A DNA stretch of 64,000 nucleotides from Macrostomum lignano (GCA_002269645.1 NIVC01003537.1:28252-92251), one strand, 5' to 3'; positions 12,513-23,597 are shown, numbered from the stretch's first letter. The notes: generated from the sequence alone by a model not told the origin. Numbers and translations: made by a program.

Positions 12513-13307
12513 ATGCAGCACCGCCAGCTACTCGCTGCCTGCCTCGCCGCAGCCACTGCAGCTCTGGTGCTCACCGGCGCCTCTGCTCAGTGTCCCGGAC
12601 ACGGCTCTGCACCTGACAGAGGCGTCACCCCACCTGTGGACGGCCTCGTGGCTGCGTTCGATTTCAGGAGGGGCCTGCACAACCTGGTGGACCCGCGCGC
12701 CTTTGCCATCGAGGACCAGTTTGGCGTGGAGAGGTCGGCAGAGGACGGGGCCTGCTTCAAGCAGAATTCAAGTGCCAGATACAGGGAGTTCTACAATGTC
12801 GGAGCTCCCATGGCATTCAATGAGTCGATCTGGAACTCAGCAGAGTGGACCATGTACTTCAGGCTGACTCGGAGCAGCGGCAGCTGGGTTCGTTTTCTGT
12901 CGGTTCCGAGCGACCATTTGCGCCCGGATGGGGTGCTAAACGTTTATGCTGTCATTGATCAATATTCTAGAAACAGGTTTAGATTTTATGTTGGGCAACA
13001 TGACCTTCGAAGCCGGCATTATAACGAGCACCACTTCTACGGATCGGGCTGTGCTGGCAGCTGGTGCGACATTCGGCTGGCAATGAAGAATCACATTTTG
13101 GATTCTCCTGCCATCGGATGGCCGCTGAGTTCTGATTATCAGAAGTTTACTGATTTTGTTAATGAACTGGGACTGCAGCAGCTGCAGATTGGAAATCTTT
13201 ATCCATCTTCTGGTTCCCAGCGGCTCTGCGTGAGGTGCTTCGGGGTCGCCCGCAGGCAGCTGAGCGCCCATGAGGTGCGGCAGGCGATGTCGGCTTTCTG
13301 CCCCTGA
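12513..13307 (+). CDS. Intronless secreted protein: signal peptide + LamG/concanavalin-like domain, 264 aa (short paralog of 21044-22717)
   Basis: The ATG at 12513 gives MQHRQLLAACLAAATAALVLTGASA-QCP, a signal peptide. The domain opens VDGLVAAFDFRRG and closes FGVARRQLSAHEVRQAM, like LamG_3-type folds. The frame is open. The fold assignment is inference. Confidence 0.75.
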   Translation: MQHRQLLAACLAAATAALVLTGASAQCPGHGSAPDRGVTPPVDGLVAAFDFRRGLHNLVDPRAFAIEDQFGVERSAEDGACFKQNSSARYREFYNVGAPMAFNESIWNSAEWTMYFRLTRSSGSWVRFLSVPSDHLRPDGVLNVYAVIDQYSRNRFRFYVGQHDLRSRHYNEHHFYGSGCAGSWCDIRLAMKNHILDSPAIGWPLSSDYQKFTDFVNELGLQQLQIGNLYPSSGSQRLCVRCFGVARRQLSAHEVRQAMSAFCP

Positions 13308-14018
13308 GACTGCGGCTGCAAGCAGTGGGCCTGGCCACTAAAATGCATTACGTAGTCGTTTTGTCTTCTTCCGAAAGTCTGTCGGTTTGTCTGTCTGTCC
13401 AGTCTGGTTTCTGTCTGTTTATCTTGACAAATTAAATGGTGCCTCAGAGCCAAGTTGGTGACGCTCTTCCTGAGTGTCCCGAATGTACGAAATTACAATA
13501 TACGATCTTAGCTGCATATACAGCATTGCAAAAACTTTGATTGCCCTCAGCAATGATACCGGTGTAGCTGATGAAGTTCAAGGAAGCTAGGCACACTTGT
13601 GACCTTGGCCATTGTTCAAAATGTCTATGGTAATTACGATAAGGTAATGACATTCAAGCAATGACCGGAAAACGAACGCTGAGATTAAAAAAGTAGTCTA
13701 TGTTTGTAAGTGTGGACTTCGCCCCCACACCCCATTCGCCCTTGCCACTCGGATCCTGATGGTCAAATTGAATAATGAAGCTAGCTGGAAGTGGCGATAG
13801 CCGCTCATGTCTATGGCCATTACCATGAATTCTCACTTCCTGACAACCCCCCATTAACTTAAACCCTCGCTTCGTATTACATGTAGCTGCATTAATTGAA
13901 TTGTCTAAGGCCGAAACAGACGGAAATGTAAATGACGATGCTTACACTTCATGTCAATGGCCAGTCCCATAGAATGCATTGGTCAATCAGTTGTCTATGG
14001 CTAAAATTGGCGGCCACT

Positions 14019-14190
14019 GGCCATTTTTCGCCCAGATGAGGTGCTGCCACCAAATTAATACCTTTATGCTGGCATTAATAAAACTTCTGGGGACAGGTTT
14101 GAATTTTATGTTGGGGAACATGACCTTGCGATCCAACATTATAACGAGCACTACTTCGATGAATTTGGCTGTGACGCTTCCGACTGGCGC
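14019..14190 (+). pseudogene. Internal fragment of the LamG-like domain (third variant)
   Basis: LYAGINKTSGDRFEFYVGEHDLAIQHYNEHYFDEFGC aligns with VYAVIDQYSRNRFRFYVGQHDLRSRHYNEHHFYGSGC of the 12513 gene. There is an upstream in-frame stop, and homology ends near 14190. Confidence 0.8.
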
Positions 14191-15599
14191 GCAGGGTCCG
14201 CCCTCTTGTGGGATGTCGGCTCCTCCGCGGGATTGAGTTGCCAGCACTCTCCAGAGGCGGCAGAAGGGGCGGCTTTCGCACTCCTGGCCGTTCCTCCGCT
14301 TTGCGCTTGAGAAAAGCTTTGTAGCGAGCAATGCTACGGGCCTTCTTTTTAGAGGTCTGAGGTCCGCCGTCCTGTTGTCCAGCCACTTCGGTATTGTCCT
14401 GAGTGGCGACAGAAGCTGACTAAGAGTCACCGGAGGTCCCGGTGTTGCGAATGTCCGGCTGGGCGGCGATACCAACCGCAGTTGGCGCTCCAGCAGCCTC
14501 GGACGTGTTGCAAGTAAATGAATACTCCATGAGTCGCTGAAAGGTGAATGGGGACTAGAGGTGAGAAGCTGCTGGGCCGAAACCCCAAACCCAACAGCCA
14601 GCCAAAATATAGCGACCCGGGGTGCTTAGGCCCTTACCGGCCCGACCGCTAGCAACCGAGAAACTACCCGGCTAAGAGCCCGGCTTGGAGAGACCATACG
14701 CTCGTAGGCCGAACCAAAGGAACATCAGCGCGGTACTACACTGGTAGGCTGTCCGCATCCTGTTAAGGTCAGAGGGTGATACCTGTTCTTCAGAGCCGTG
14801 GCCAGAGGTACCTGATACGCACAGGTTCACTTCCGGACGGAGCCCGTACCCAAATCGGCCAAGACAGAAGCCAAGGCCACGGATGGGGTGCAGGTGTAGG
14901 ATACAATTCCGATAATTCTGTGCTGTGGTCGGTCTGCACTTTGCGGCCGATCTGGTCTGATGGCGTTGGTTGCTCTTTGTGGCAAAGTCATCCAGTTCAT
15001 GCCAGGTCTTCATGTTTGGATTTTCCAGCTTTTTGCTTTCTTCTGATTGAAGAACGAGCTTAGCCAGACCATATTCAAGCTCTCTTGCCATGTTCGAAGT
15101 TACTCACCTTGTTAGTTTGTCCAGCCGATACCATGTTGGCCTGCGCTCGTGAAGAGGGTCGCTGCTCCTCGAACGATGTTTGAGGTCCAGTCACCTTGCA
15201 CCCGAAATCACACATTGGAAAGCGCGCGTTTCTGTGGGTGCATTTTTATGCCTCCTGTGTTCCACAGGTGCCATGCAGTCTCATTTAGTAAGATTAGTAG
15301 GTTTCCTTATTCTCATGGTGAAACACTGATGCCGGTGCCTTGCAAGGTCACATCCCAGCTCGATGACGCTTTCTTTACTATCTGTCCGAGTCTCGCTGAG
15401 CCCAGGTTTGCCCGCTGCACGTTCCACATCGCGATTCTCACTTTCTTCTGGTTCCAGATTCTTTGCGCAGCTTCTAAACGTTGTTTGTTCCTTTATTTTA
15501 CGGTGTTTCTCTCTCTCTTCGCGTTTCGACGCCTGTTCCTTGCCCTTCTCTGCTCACTGGTTCCCGGTCCAGGTTTGCAATTTGGTTCGTATTCGCGAT

Positions 15600-15900
15600 C
15601 CGCTAACTCTTCCGCTAACTCTTCCGCTAACTCTTCCGCTAACTCTTCCGCTAACTCTTCCGCTAACTCTTCCGCTAACTCTTCCGCTAACTCTTCCGCT
15701 AACTCTTCCGCTAACTCTTCCGCTAACTCTTCCGCTAACTCTTCCGCTAACTCTTCCGCTAACTCTTCCGCTAACTCTTCCGCTAACTCTTCCGCTAACT
15801 CTTCCGCTAACTCTTCCGCTAACTCTTCCGCTAACTCTTCCGCTAACTCTTCCGCTAACTCTTCCGCTAACTCTTCCGCTAACTCTTCCGCTAACTCTTC
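15600..15900. repeat. Perfect 12-bp tandem repeat (CCGCTAACTCTT)x25
   Basis: Directly visible. It explains the ANSS and LTLP ORFs and reads EELA or GRVS on the minus strand. Confidence 0.97.
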
Positions 15901-17282
15901 AGTCTTCCGTGTGCCGCGTCGCTGCCACCCGATAGGCTTTCCTCTAACCCTAAGCCGTCGGTCATATCGTCCTCTGATGTCGGTGTGTCGTCTTCGCCAG
16001 AAGGGGCTCTGTGGCTATCGTCCAGCTGGTCGTTAAGTACTTCTCTTCTTCTGTGTGAGTTGATCGGTCTTCCAGGACAATGTCAGAAATTTCGTTAATC
16101 CTGTCCTGTCCCGTCCTTGATAGCGTCTCTGCCTTTCGCACAAATTTTCCAGTTCTCTTATTAGACTTCGACAGACAATTTCGCGCGGTAGCTAATAAGT
16201 GAGCAGATTCAGCAGGTATCAAGTAGGTTGAGCAATGGCTAGAGTTACGATCATGCGCTTCCGGCAGGTTGCAGTGATGAGCCATTGTACAATAATTCTT
16301 AATAAGCAATAAAATTCTACTCTTCCGGCTAAAGCAATTTCAATAATATCAGTCGGCACATATGGCTGGATTTGACAGGCCTTTTTGCCTCAATTTTAGC
16401 GGACAGCACCTGGGATCAAGTCAACAGGTCATTTGCTGTGCCACATGACAAGGCTGGTTCCAATAGCCAAGCCACAACGTCTCAAACATCTGGTTCTGTT
16501 GACGCCAGCACCCTACTAGCATTGCGTGATGCTTTCTAGTCCGCTCTCTGTCACGCTGTAGGCTCGTATGACTGCCTAGCAGACATCGCAGTCCAGAGTT
16601 TTCATCGTGGACTCCGTCTGACGAGGCAACCAGACAGCGGTTAAAATCAATATCGCCTGCATATGCACCGATCCGTCTAGCTTAACTACGCGGTTTATTA
16701 TTTCTATTTTTATAAATATTTTTATAGCTAGTAAATTAACGAACACAATAATCAACACATTGCACTGCAACTCAGCCTTCCGCCACACGTCGTCCTCCAG
16801 CTCTGGTTCTTAGCCGCTCATGTCTTCTTGGCTAGATGGTTGGAAGACACTGCCGATCTTCCATGAAATCCTTCCTGAGACTCCGGAAAGTCAGGGAACC
16901 AGTATAGGCCACAAACAAGTGCGCTGTTCCGAATTACCAATAGGTCTTGTGTAACTTTAAAACTCTTCTGTTCGACCACAAGTTTGTTCGTCCGCCAGCT
17001 GGAAATTTGTTCTTCTTTTTACCCGTTTATATTTATATTGTAAAAACTGTCTCCTGCACAATGAACTCCTGCTGAACTCCATGGTCTTGCTGTCCTTGGG
17101 CTGATCGGCTGATTGTTGATGTGGGTACTGTTGTGATCGTTGATGCAGCTGCTGGTGGTGGGGTGTGCCTAGCTACGTCGGGTGCCTTGGACAAAGGCTA
17201 GCGTCCACAACGTTGGGGCCTACTAAACTTTGGTCCCCTCGCTCCAGGCTCACATTGGGTCCTCTCGTTGCCGTCCAGCCTC

Positions 17283-17395
17283 GTCCAGGTGACACGACCA
17301 AGTGACACGACCAGGTACGACACGACCAGGTGACACGACCAGGTACGACACGACCAAGTGACGCGACCAGGTACGACACGACCAGGTGATACGAC
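17283..17395. repeat. Short 10/20-bp tandem repeat (GACACGACCAGGT-like)
   Basis: Directly visible tandem units. Confidence 0.8.
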
Positions 17396-18409
17396 CTAGC
17401 CTATCCCCGTTCCTATACTTATGAGCAATTTCTTATGGCTCATAATTTATATTGAGATCGAATAGTAGACACGTTATTTCAGTTTCAAGTTTTGTAACTA
17501 AATTGAACTTATAGTATCGATACTTTCTAAAACAAAAAAAACTTTTTCAACCTTTTTTAAAACTCTTCAACTAGTAAAAGTTTCGAAAAAAATTAACTGC
17601 AAGAATTTCAAAATGCTTTTCAAGCCAAAGAGCTGCAGATAATTGAAAATTAAGGTTTTATGTATCGAAGTTACGAGCTATTTTCTATTTTATTTTTTAA
17701 CTAAATTAATTCAGTGGAGAAAAGCCCTGGTCGGTTAAACTGATTGATTGAACTGATGGTTGTATTAAAGTTGTACTTTTGTGCCCAATTTTTAACTGAT
17801 TGCAATGAGCAATTTAACTGAGGGATAGGATGCCCCTCAGCCCAATGAAGCCCAATGATCATGGGATCTCGTGCTTGGGTTTCAAAAATAGCTGAAGTAT
17901 AATTGCAAAAATTTAAATTAAACTCACAACAATTATTACAAACAATTTGTCATTGGTTAGTTGTCTATATGATTTCTACCTATATGATTCTATATGATAT
18001 TGAACGAAGCTTAGTTTACTTATACATGTAGGACTTTATAACGGCATTTTCTATGCCTGAAGCCCTCCCGCTTGGAAAATGTTGTGCCGATGCCTTTTAC
18101 TCGTAGTTAAAACCATCCCAGAAGTCGGAAAAAATTAGTTAAATTGAAATTTACGAGTTATACCCGAATTTGTCTACTGCTGCAGTAGCGCGCAAAGATT
18201 TTTTAGCAGTAGTGTGACCCAAGTAGGAAATTCGAGATTTAGGAATTTAGTAAGATTCAGTAAGTTACGAGCATAGTTTATTTTTTAATTATAAATACGT
18301 TTATTAATTTCCCGGAAAAGTTCACTTCTGGTGGTTGCATCTGCACGAAATTTTACCTGCAGCAACTGCAGTCTGTAATCACTTCTCAACATAACTTCCT
18401 GTGGCGCCT

Positions 18410-19035
18410 TGCTGCAGCGCTGCGTCGGAGGAAAATGGCCGCCATCATTTTGCCGATGCTGCGATTGCGACGAAACTTGAGAGGAGCATCTTCGTCGTTG
18501 ATAACCCACTGCCGACTCTGCTCCTTGGTCTCATGGGTCGTAGAAGTAGACCGAAGGTTCTTTGCCAGTGAGGATGTTATCCACCAACTTTCAGCGGCCT
18601 CCGTCAAACCTTGGCCGCCATGAGGTCGGCGAGCTCAACGCGGGCTTGCATCTGGTCAGGGCTGAGCTGGTGGGGCACCCAGCGAGCGGACAGCTTCGTC
18701 ATTTCAAGGTGCTGGTGCAGGATCTTAATGATGGTGGAATCCGACACCCCGACGAGCTGCTCCAACCAGCCAATCGCCACTCACCGATCTTCGTCTAAAT
18801 GGCGTCGAACAGCAGCAACGACTCCGTCGGACACAGTCGAACTCGGCCGCCAATCACGAGGATCGTCGTCCAGAGTGGCCGAGCCGCAGCGGAAGCGTGC
18901 AAACCACTCATACAGCATCGACTGGGATGGCGCTTGATCCTGAAGAGCCTCACGCAGCGTCTGGAGTCATGTGGCTGCAGAGCTGCCCAGCCGAAACTGG
19001 ACCGGGATTGCCACTCGCCTGTCGCGGTCAGTCAT
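18410..19035 (-). mobile_element. Mariner transposase pseudogene (N-terminal half)
   Basis: Reads MLYEWFARFRCGSATLDDDPR..RPSS, ILHQHLEMTKLSARWVPHQLS (WVPHEL-type motif), ILTGKEPSVYFYDP, ETKEQSRQW and GKMMAAIF. Stops and frameshifts are present and it is truncated before the later catalytic residues. Confidence 0.88.
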
Positions 19036-19290
19036 CTGTGGCAGCAGGGCGGCACGTTTTCGGCCAAACTTTGGACATTGCAGCGCATCGTTGCGACCGA
19101 TTGAGTTGAAATTTTACAAGCGAACGTTGAACATCCAACTCCAACTGCTGGTTAAGTTTCGTTTGATTTTCGCATTTTTAAGCTGCATTTTCCGGGAACT
19201 TAATAAGCACCGCTCGTAGCCTTAGAAAGAGTCGGAATACAGAATAGAATTATCTTTCCTTTCCTTTCCTTGCATTTCCTTAATCATATC

Positions 19291-19549
19291 AACAAGCACG
19301 ACTCCAACGGCAGCTGGTCCGACATTCAACTGGCAATAAAGAACCGCATTTTGGATTCTCCTGCCATCGGACGGTCGCTGGGCGTTCAATATCGGAACTG
19401 GACTGATGGGACTCATGAAGTGGGACTGCAGCAGCTGCAGCTCGGAAATTATTATTTACTTCTGTGTGAGCTGCTTCGGAGTCACCCGCAGGCAGCTGAG
19501 CGCCGATGAGGTGCGGCAAGCGATGTCGGCCTTCTGCCCCCGAGTATAA
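19291..19549 (+). pseudogene. 3' fragment of the LamG-like domain (fourth variant)
   Basis: GSWSDIQLAIKNRILDSPAIGRSLGVQYRNWTDGTHEVGLQQLQLGN, then a frameshift, then LCVSCFGVTRRQLSADEVRQAMSAFCPRV*. It is clearly homologous to the ends of both lectin genes. Confidence 0.88.
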
Positions 19550-19781
19550 GGCTAGAATTTGCGTCACTGAGCATCCGGATCCAGCACCGGCTGCAACCGC
19601 GATAACAGCATCCGGTTGAGCAGCCTCGCAGCGCAGGACTGAAGGCAGAGGCCTCTGTGCTCATTCAGGATTGTGGTAGCTACCCGGCTTCTTTGGAACG
19701 TGACGACCCATACCAATGGGAAACTTGGCGGTTTATGCCGCTATACACTGTGCACCTTGTGTGAGCGTGTGTACGAGCACA

Positions 19782-19960
19782 GGGGTTATAGCCTAATGGT
19801 TCGAGCGTTGGAATCACGACTGAAAGGTCGGGGGTTCGATTCTCGACACACTCGGAACAATTTGTGTCCTCGAGCAAGACACTTAACTTTGCATTGCTTC
19901 TATGAAAGAACGCATTTTCACAGTCCAGCTGTAAAATGCGTGCCAGCATTAGCTGGGGTT
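19782..19960 (+). mobile_element. tRNA-derived SINE
   Basis: A box-like TAGCCTAATGG and B box GGTTCGATTC in a tRNA-like head, followed by TGTGTCCTCGAGCAAGACACTTAAC (CORE-SINE-like) and CCAGCTGTAAAATG. It is not a clean tRNA cloverleaf. Confidence 0.7.
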
Positions 19961-20432
19961 ATTGAGGCTGAGTGTGGCGACCCCCCCCCTCCCCTCAGTC
20001 CTTGGACTGAACAGCCGTACGCAGCTTTCAGATGCGCTGTGCAATAGCTGCGGCTGAGCTGTCGGTTGCACAACTGCCTAGCAATGCCCACATTTGCATA
20101 TGTGGTCCACCTGTGTACGAGTACCCTGCAACCGACTGCTCCGCTCTCCTGGTGTTATGACGCTCTGGCAAAGAAGGAACTATTTACGCCTTGCCTTAGC
20201 CTAACAAGTTTCCCATAAAGAATTACTTAAGCGGGCGGCTTACCAGAGGGGGGCAGAAGGCCCTACTGGCTAAGCCCTCAACCAAGCCACAGGGCCAGCC
20301 AATCAAAACCCCGCCCGGGGCAGGGTGCAGCACCCGGCACGCACGCCAACCCCCCCCCCAGCCACCCCCAAAGTGCACCGAGCCCTGCCATACCAAGGGC
20401 ACATGCACTACACCTGTATGCAGCTAGTAAGA

Positions 20433-20890
20433 TTAAGCAACAGTCAAAAGTTCCAACCCTCCAAGCGAAATAAAAAATTCCTCACTTATTGCGACAACTT
20501 TTCACCCACAATTCAACTCTCAAGTTACGCAACTGAGTCACCGCGAGGAAGGGAAAATTAATAGAATCAATAGCTCGTACTAGTGATGAACGTCAGTCGC
20601 ACAAAATCATAACGCGCTTAGTAACGCGTGTGGGATCCTCTCGCACGCAGAAAGTCCTAGGGAAGCTGCTGCCAAGCGTTTCAATGGCATGACGGAGCTC
20701 CGCAACATGCTGTGGTGGATTCTCTTATCGAATGCTGCGTTTTAGGAAGTCCCAGACATGCTCGATGGGATTCATGTGTGGGGACCATTAAGCAGACCCA
20801 AGCCGACCCCAGTGGCAGTAAGCTTTGCGCCTGCCGTAAGTTGCGTCACTCGCAATAAGTGAAGCTTATGACAGTTGCTGGCAATACATT
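20433..20890 (-). mobile_element. Degenerate non-autonomous Tc1 derivative, same family as 58604-59914
   Basis: Left end AGCAACAGTCAAAAGTTCC matches the 58.6 kb TIR. 20490-20560 matches 58645-58705 and 20590-20870 matches 59405-59865 with deletions. Confidence 0.75.
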
Positions 20891-21043
20891 GTATTTGATT
20901 AATCGATAACTGATTGGGTACATTCAAAGACTTTGGAGAAACACCACCAAGGCATGATAGCCATATAACCACCATCAAACTGAACTGATTCGTCAAGCCA
21001 TACCGTAAGAATGCGTCAAAATCTTCAGCATAGCCGCAGCTCT

Positions 21044-22717
21044 TTAGGGGCAGAAGGTCGACATCGCCTGACGCACTTCGTCGGAGCTCAGCCGCCTGCG
21101 GGCGACTCCGAAGCACCTCAGGCAGATTTTCCGAGCTTCAGAATAAAACGGCGACCCGAATCCAACACGGAGCTGCTGCAGTCCCAATACATCCGCATCG
21201 AATGTCGAGTTCCAATATTGAACTCTCAGCGGCTCTCTGATGGCAGGAGAATCCAAAATGCCATCCTTGATTGCCAGCCGAATGTCGCACCAGTTGCCAG
21301 CACAGCCCGATCCGTTGAACTCGTGGTTGTTGTTATGCACGGTGAAATGCGTTGAGTTCCCGAGGTCGCGTTGCAGAACGTTTAAAACGAACTGCTCAGC
21401 ACTGGAGGAATAGAGCTCAGCACGGAGGCTTGAGTACGAATTCGGATCGGAGTGCTCGCTGCGCACAGACAGAAACTCGACGCCACTTTTATTGCCTACG
21501 GTAAGCCTAAAGTACATTGTGTACTCTGATGTACTGAGAATCGACTCATTGAATGCCACGGGAGCTCCGACATTGTAGAACTCCCTGTATCTGGCACTTG
21601 AATTCGCCTTGAAGCAGGCCCCGTCCTCTGCCGACCTCTCCACGCCAAACTGGTCCTCGATGGCGAAGGTGCGCGGGTCCAACAGGTTGTGCAGGCCCCT
21701 CCTGAAATCGAACGCAGCCACGAGGCCGTCCACCTGCGGCGGCGGCGACGCAGACGGCGGTGGCGGGGAGTTGCCGTCCGACGCCTCCGTCTTGCACACG
21801 AACCTGTGCCTGCTGTGGCACCTGTCGCTGCGCAGTCGACCAGCTGACAGCGTGACGCAGTTCACAGTCCAGTCCGCACTGTCCGGGTGTCCAGTCTCCC
21901 ATGCGGGCAGCTTGTTGTCGTGTTTCCCTGAGAAATCCGTCCACTGGTAGCAGAGCTCGCGACCCGCACTGTCAGGGAAGCAGGGGTTCAGCTTGATGAG
22001 GCCGAGCCACACCGAGTCGAGCAGCTCTGCCGACTCGCAGCTGTCGATTCCGAAGCTGAGCTTGTTCACAAAGTCCAGCTCAGACTGGGTGAGCACCGAC
22101 GCCAGCTGCGACGAGTTTCGCTGGCAGTAGAAGTTGGCCTCGTTGAAGTTGGCCTCAAACTGCGGCATCACGTAGCACTGCTTGTCGTGCAGCCACCAGC
22201 CGCTGGGACATCGGCCCTTCGACCGCCACCACAAGTCGACGAGACTGCTGGAGTTGGCGCTCAACTTGCACACAAACGGGTGCCGCTCGTGATACAGCGA
22301 GTTGAGCCACCACTCACCGTCACTTCGGATCAGAGGCTTGTGAACGCTGTCCAGCTGAGAGAAGTTGTGTCTCTCGAAGCTACCTACGCCGCCGCCGTCC
22401 GTCCACCTGTAGCTTGTAGGGTCGGCCAGACGGTCGAGGTCGGTGCCGAACAAACCGATCCAGGCGTCTCTGCAGTGAGACAGTCGGCCTACCAGTCGGT
22501 TCTCTTGCTCACTTTGGATGGACGCGAGCTGAGCCCGGTGAGACAGACACGTCTGCTCGGCCTGAAACCAGTAGTTCGGCTCACTGAACCACTTGTAGCA
22601 TGAGTGAGCTCGGTGTGTCCAGCCGTGTCCGGGACACTGAGCAGAGGCGGCGCCGGTGAGCAGCAGAGCTGCAGTGGCTGCGGCGAGGGAGGCAGCGAGT
22701 AGCTGGCGGTGCTGCAT
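21044..22717 (-). CDS. Intronless secreted protein: signal peptide + 2 C-type lectin-like domains + Pro linker + LamG-like domain, 557 aa
   Basis: ATG at 22717. CTLD1 reads CPGHGWTHRAHSCYK..WFQAEQTC..QLASIQSEQEN..AWIGL..YRWTDG..PFVCK. CTLD2 reads CPSGW..KQCY..ANFYC..VWLGL..YQWTD..NC..DRC..FVCK. The frame is fully open. Confidence 0.88.
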   Translation of the reverse strand: MQHRQLLAASLAAATAALLLTGAASAQCPGHGWTHRAHSCYKWFSEPNYWFQAEQTCLSHRAQLASIQSEQENRLVGRLSHCRDAWIGLFGTDLDRLADPTSYRWTDGGGVGSFERHNFSQLDSVHKPLIRSDGEWWLNSLYHERHPFVCKLSANSSSLVDLWWRSKGRCPSGWWLHDKQCYVMPQFEANFNEANFYCQRNSSQLASVLTQSELDFVNKLSFGIDSCESAELLDSVWLGLIKLNPCFPDSAGRELCYQWTDFSGKHDNKLPAWETGHPDSADWTVNCVTLSAGRLRSDRCHSRHRFVCKTEASDGNSPPPPSASPPPQVDGLVAAFDFRRGLHNLLDPRTFAIEDQFGVERSAEDGACFKANSSARYREFYNVGAPVAFNESILSTSEYTMYFRLTVGNKSGVEFLSVRSEHSDPNSYSSLRAELYSSSAEQFVLNVLQRDLGNSTHFTVHNNNHEFNGSGCAGNWCDIRLAIKDGILDSPAIREPLRVQYWNSTFDADVLGLQQLRVGFGSPFYSEARKICLRCFGVARRRLSSDEVRQAMSTFCP

Positions 22718-23185
22718 TTGCTGAGTCGCCAATGGGAGTCGCTGATTGGAGCGGCCACTTTGAGTTGCAAATTTGAGCAGGCATTGCGAGTCGGCATTTA
22801 TCCACTCGAGCTGCTGCTGGAATGCGTGGAGGGCGTGGAATCTCGCCAGATTGAGTGGCGCGGCCTCAGCTGAGGCTCTGCTGCAGTTGCAGGTCCGATG
22901 TGGCTGTCCGAGTCACGTTTCACTGTGGAGCTGCGATCGTGACAGCAGCCGAGTTGCTGAGGCCGCCAGAGTGAGGCCGCAGAGCCCTCAGTAGTGGCAG
23001 CCGTGTGAGAAGCGGCTCACAGATCTCAGGTCTGCTGCTTTCTCACGGGAAGTTTTGGAGCGAAACGTCACGGGCTTGAGAGTGCAGGAGATTCAAGTAC
23101 ATAAAGCTACACAGGTTTCCTTTTACGTGCCAGTTTTTTGCTGCATCAACATGTACGAGCGTATAAAGACTGCGGCCTCTATGCA

Positions 23186-23597
23186 AAGCTGAGATGCCAA
23201 GGCTCAATGGGGGAATTGCTGAGATGCCCAATGGCTCAATGGGGGAGTTGCTGAGATGCCATGGCTCAATGGGGGAGTTGCTGAGATGCCATGGCTCAAT
23301 GGGGGAGTTGCTGAGATGCCATGGCTCAATGGGGGAGTTGCTGAGATGCCATGGCTCAATGGGGGGGAGTTGCTGAGATGCCAAGGCTCAATGGGGGAGT
23401 TGCTGAGATGCCAAGGCTCAATGGGGGGGAGTTGCTGAGATGCCAAGGCTCAATGGGGGAGTTGCTGAGATGCCATGGCTCAATGGGGGGGAGTTGCTGA
23501 GATGCCAAGGCTCAATGGGGGAGTTGCTGAGATGCCAAGGCTCAATGGGGGAGTTGCTGAGATGCCATGGCTCAATGGGGGAGTTGCTGAGATGCCA
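23186..23597 (-). repeat. Inverted copy of the 8.9-12.0 kb satellite
   Basis: GCTGAGATGCCATGGCTCAATGGGGGAGTT is the reverse complement of the 8.9 kb unit. Confidence 0.95.

Noticed and set aside
12433-12867. Overlapping upstream ORF MPTRNACS.. in both lectin copies
   Set aside because: Its conservation is explained by the recent duplication, and the two copies diverge in length. It may be a uORF but there is no supporting evidence.
19782-19850. Functional tRNA gene
   Set aside because: The stems are imperfect and it continues into a SINE-type body, so it was called a SINE instead.
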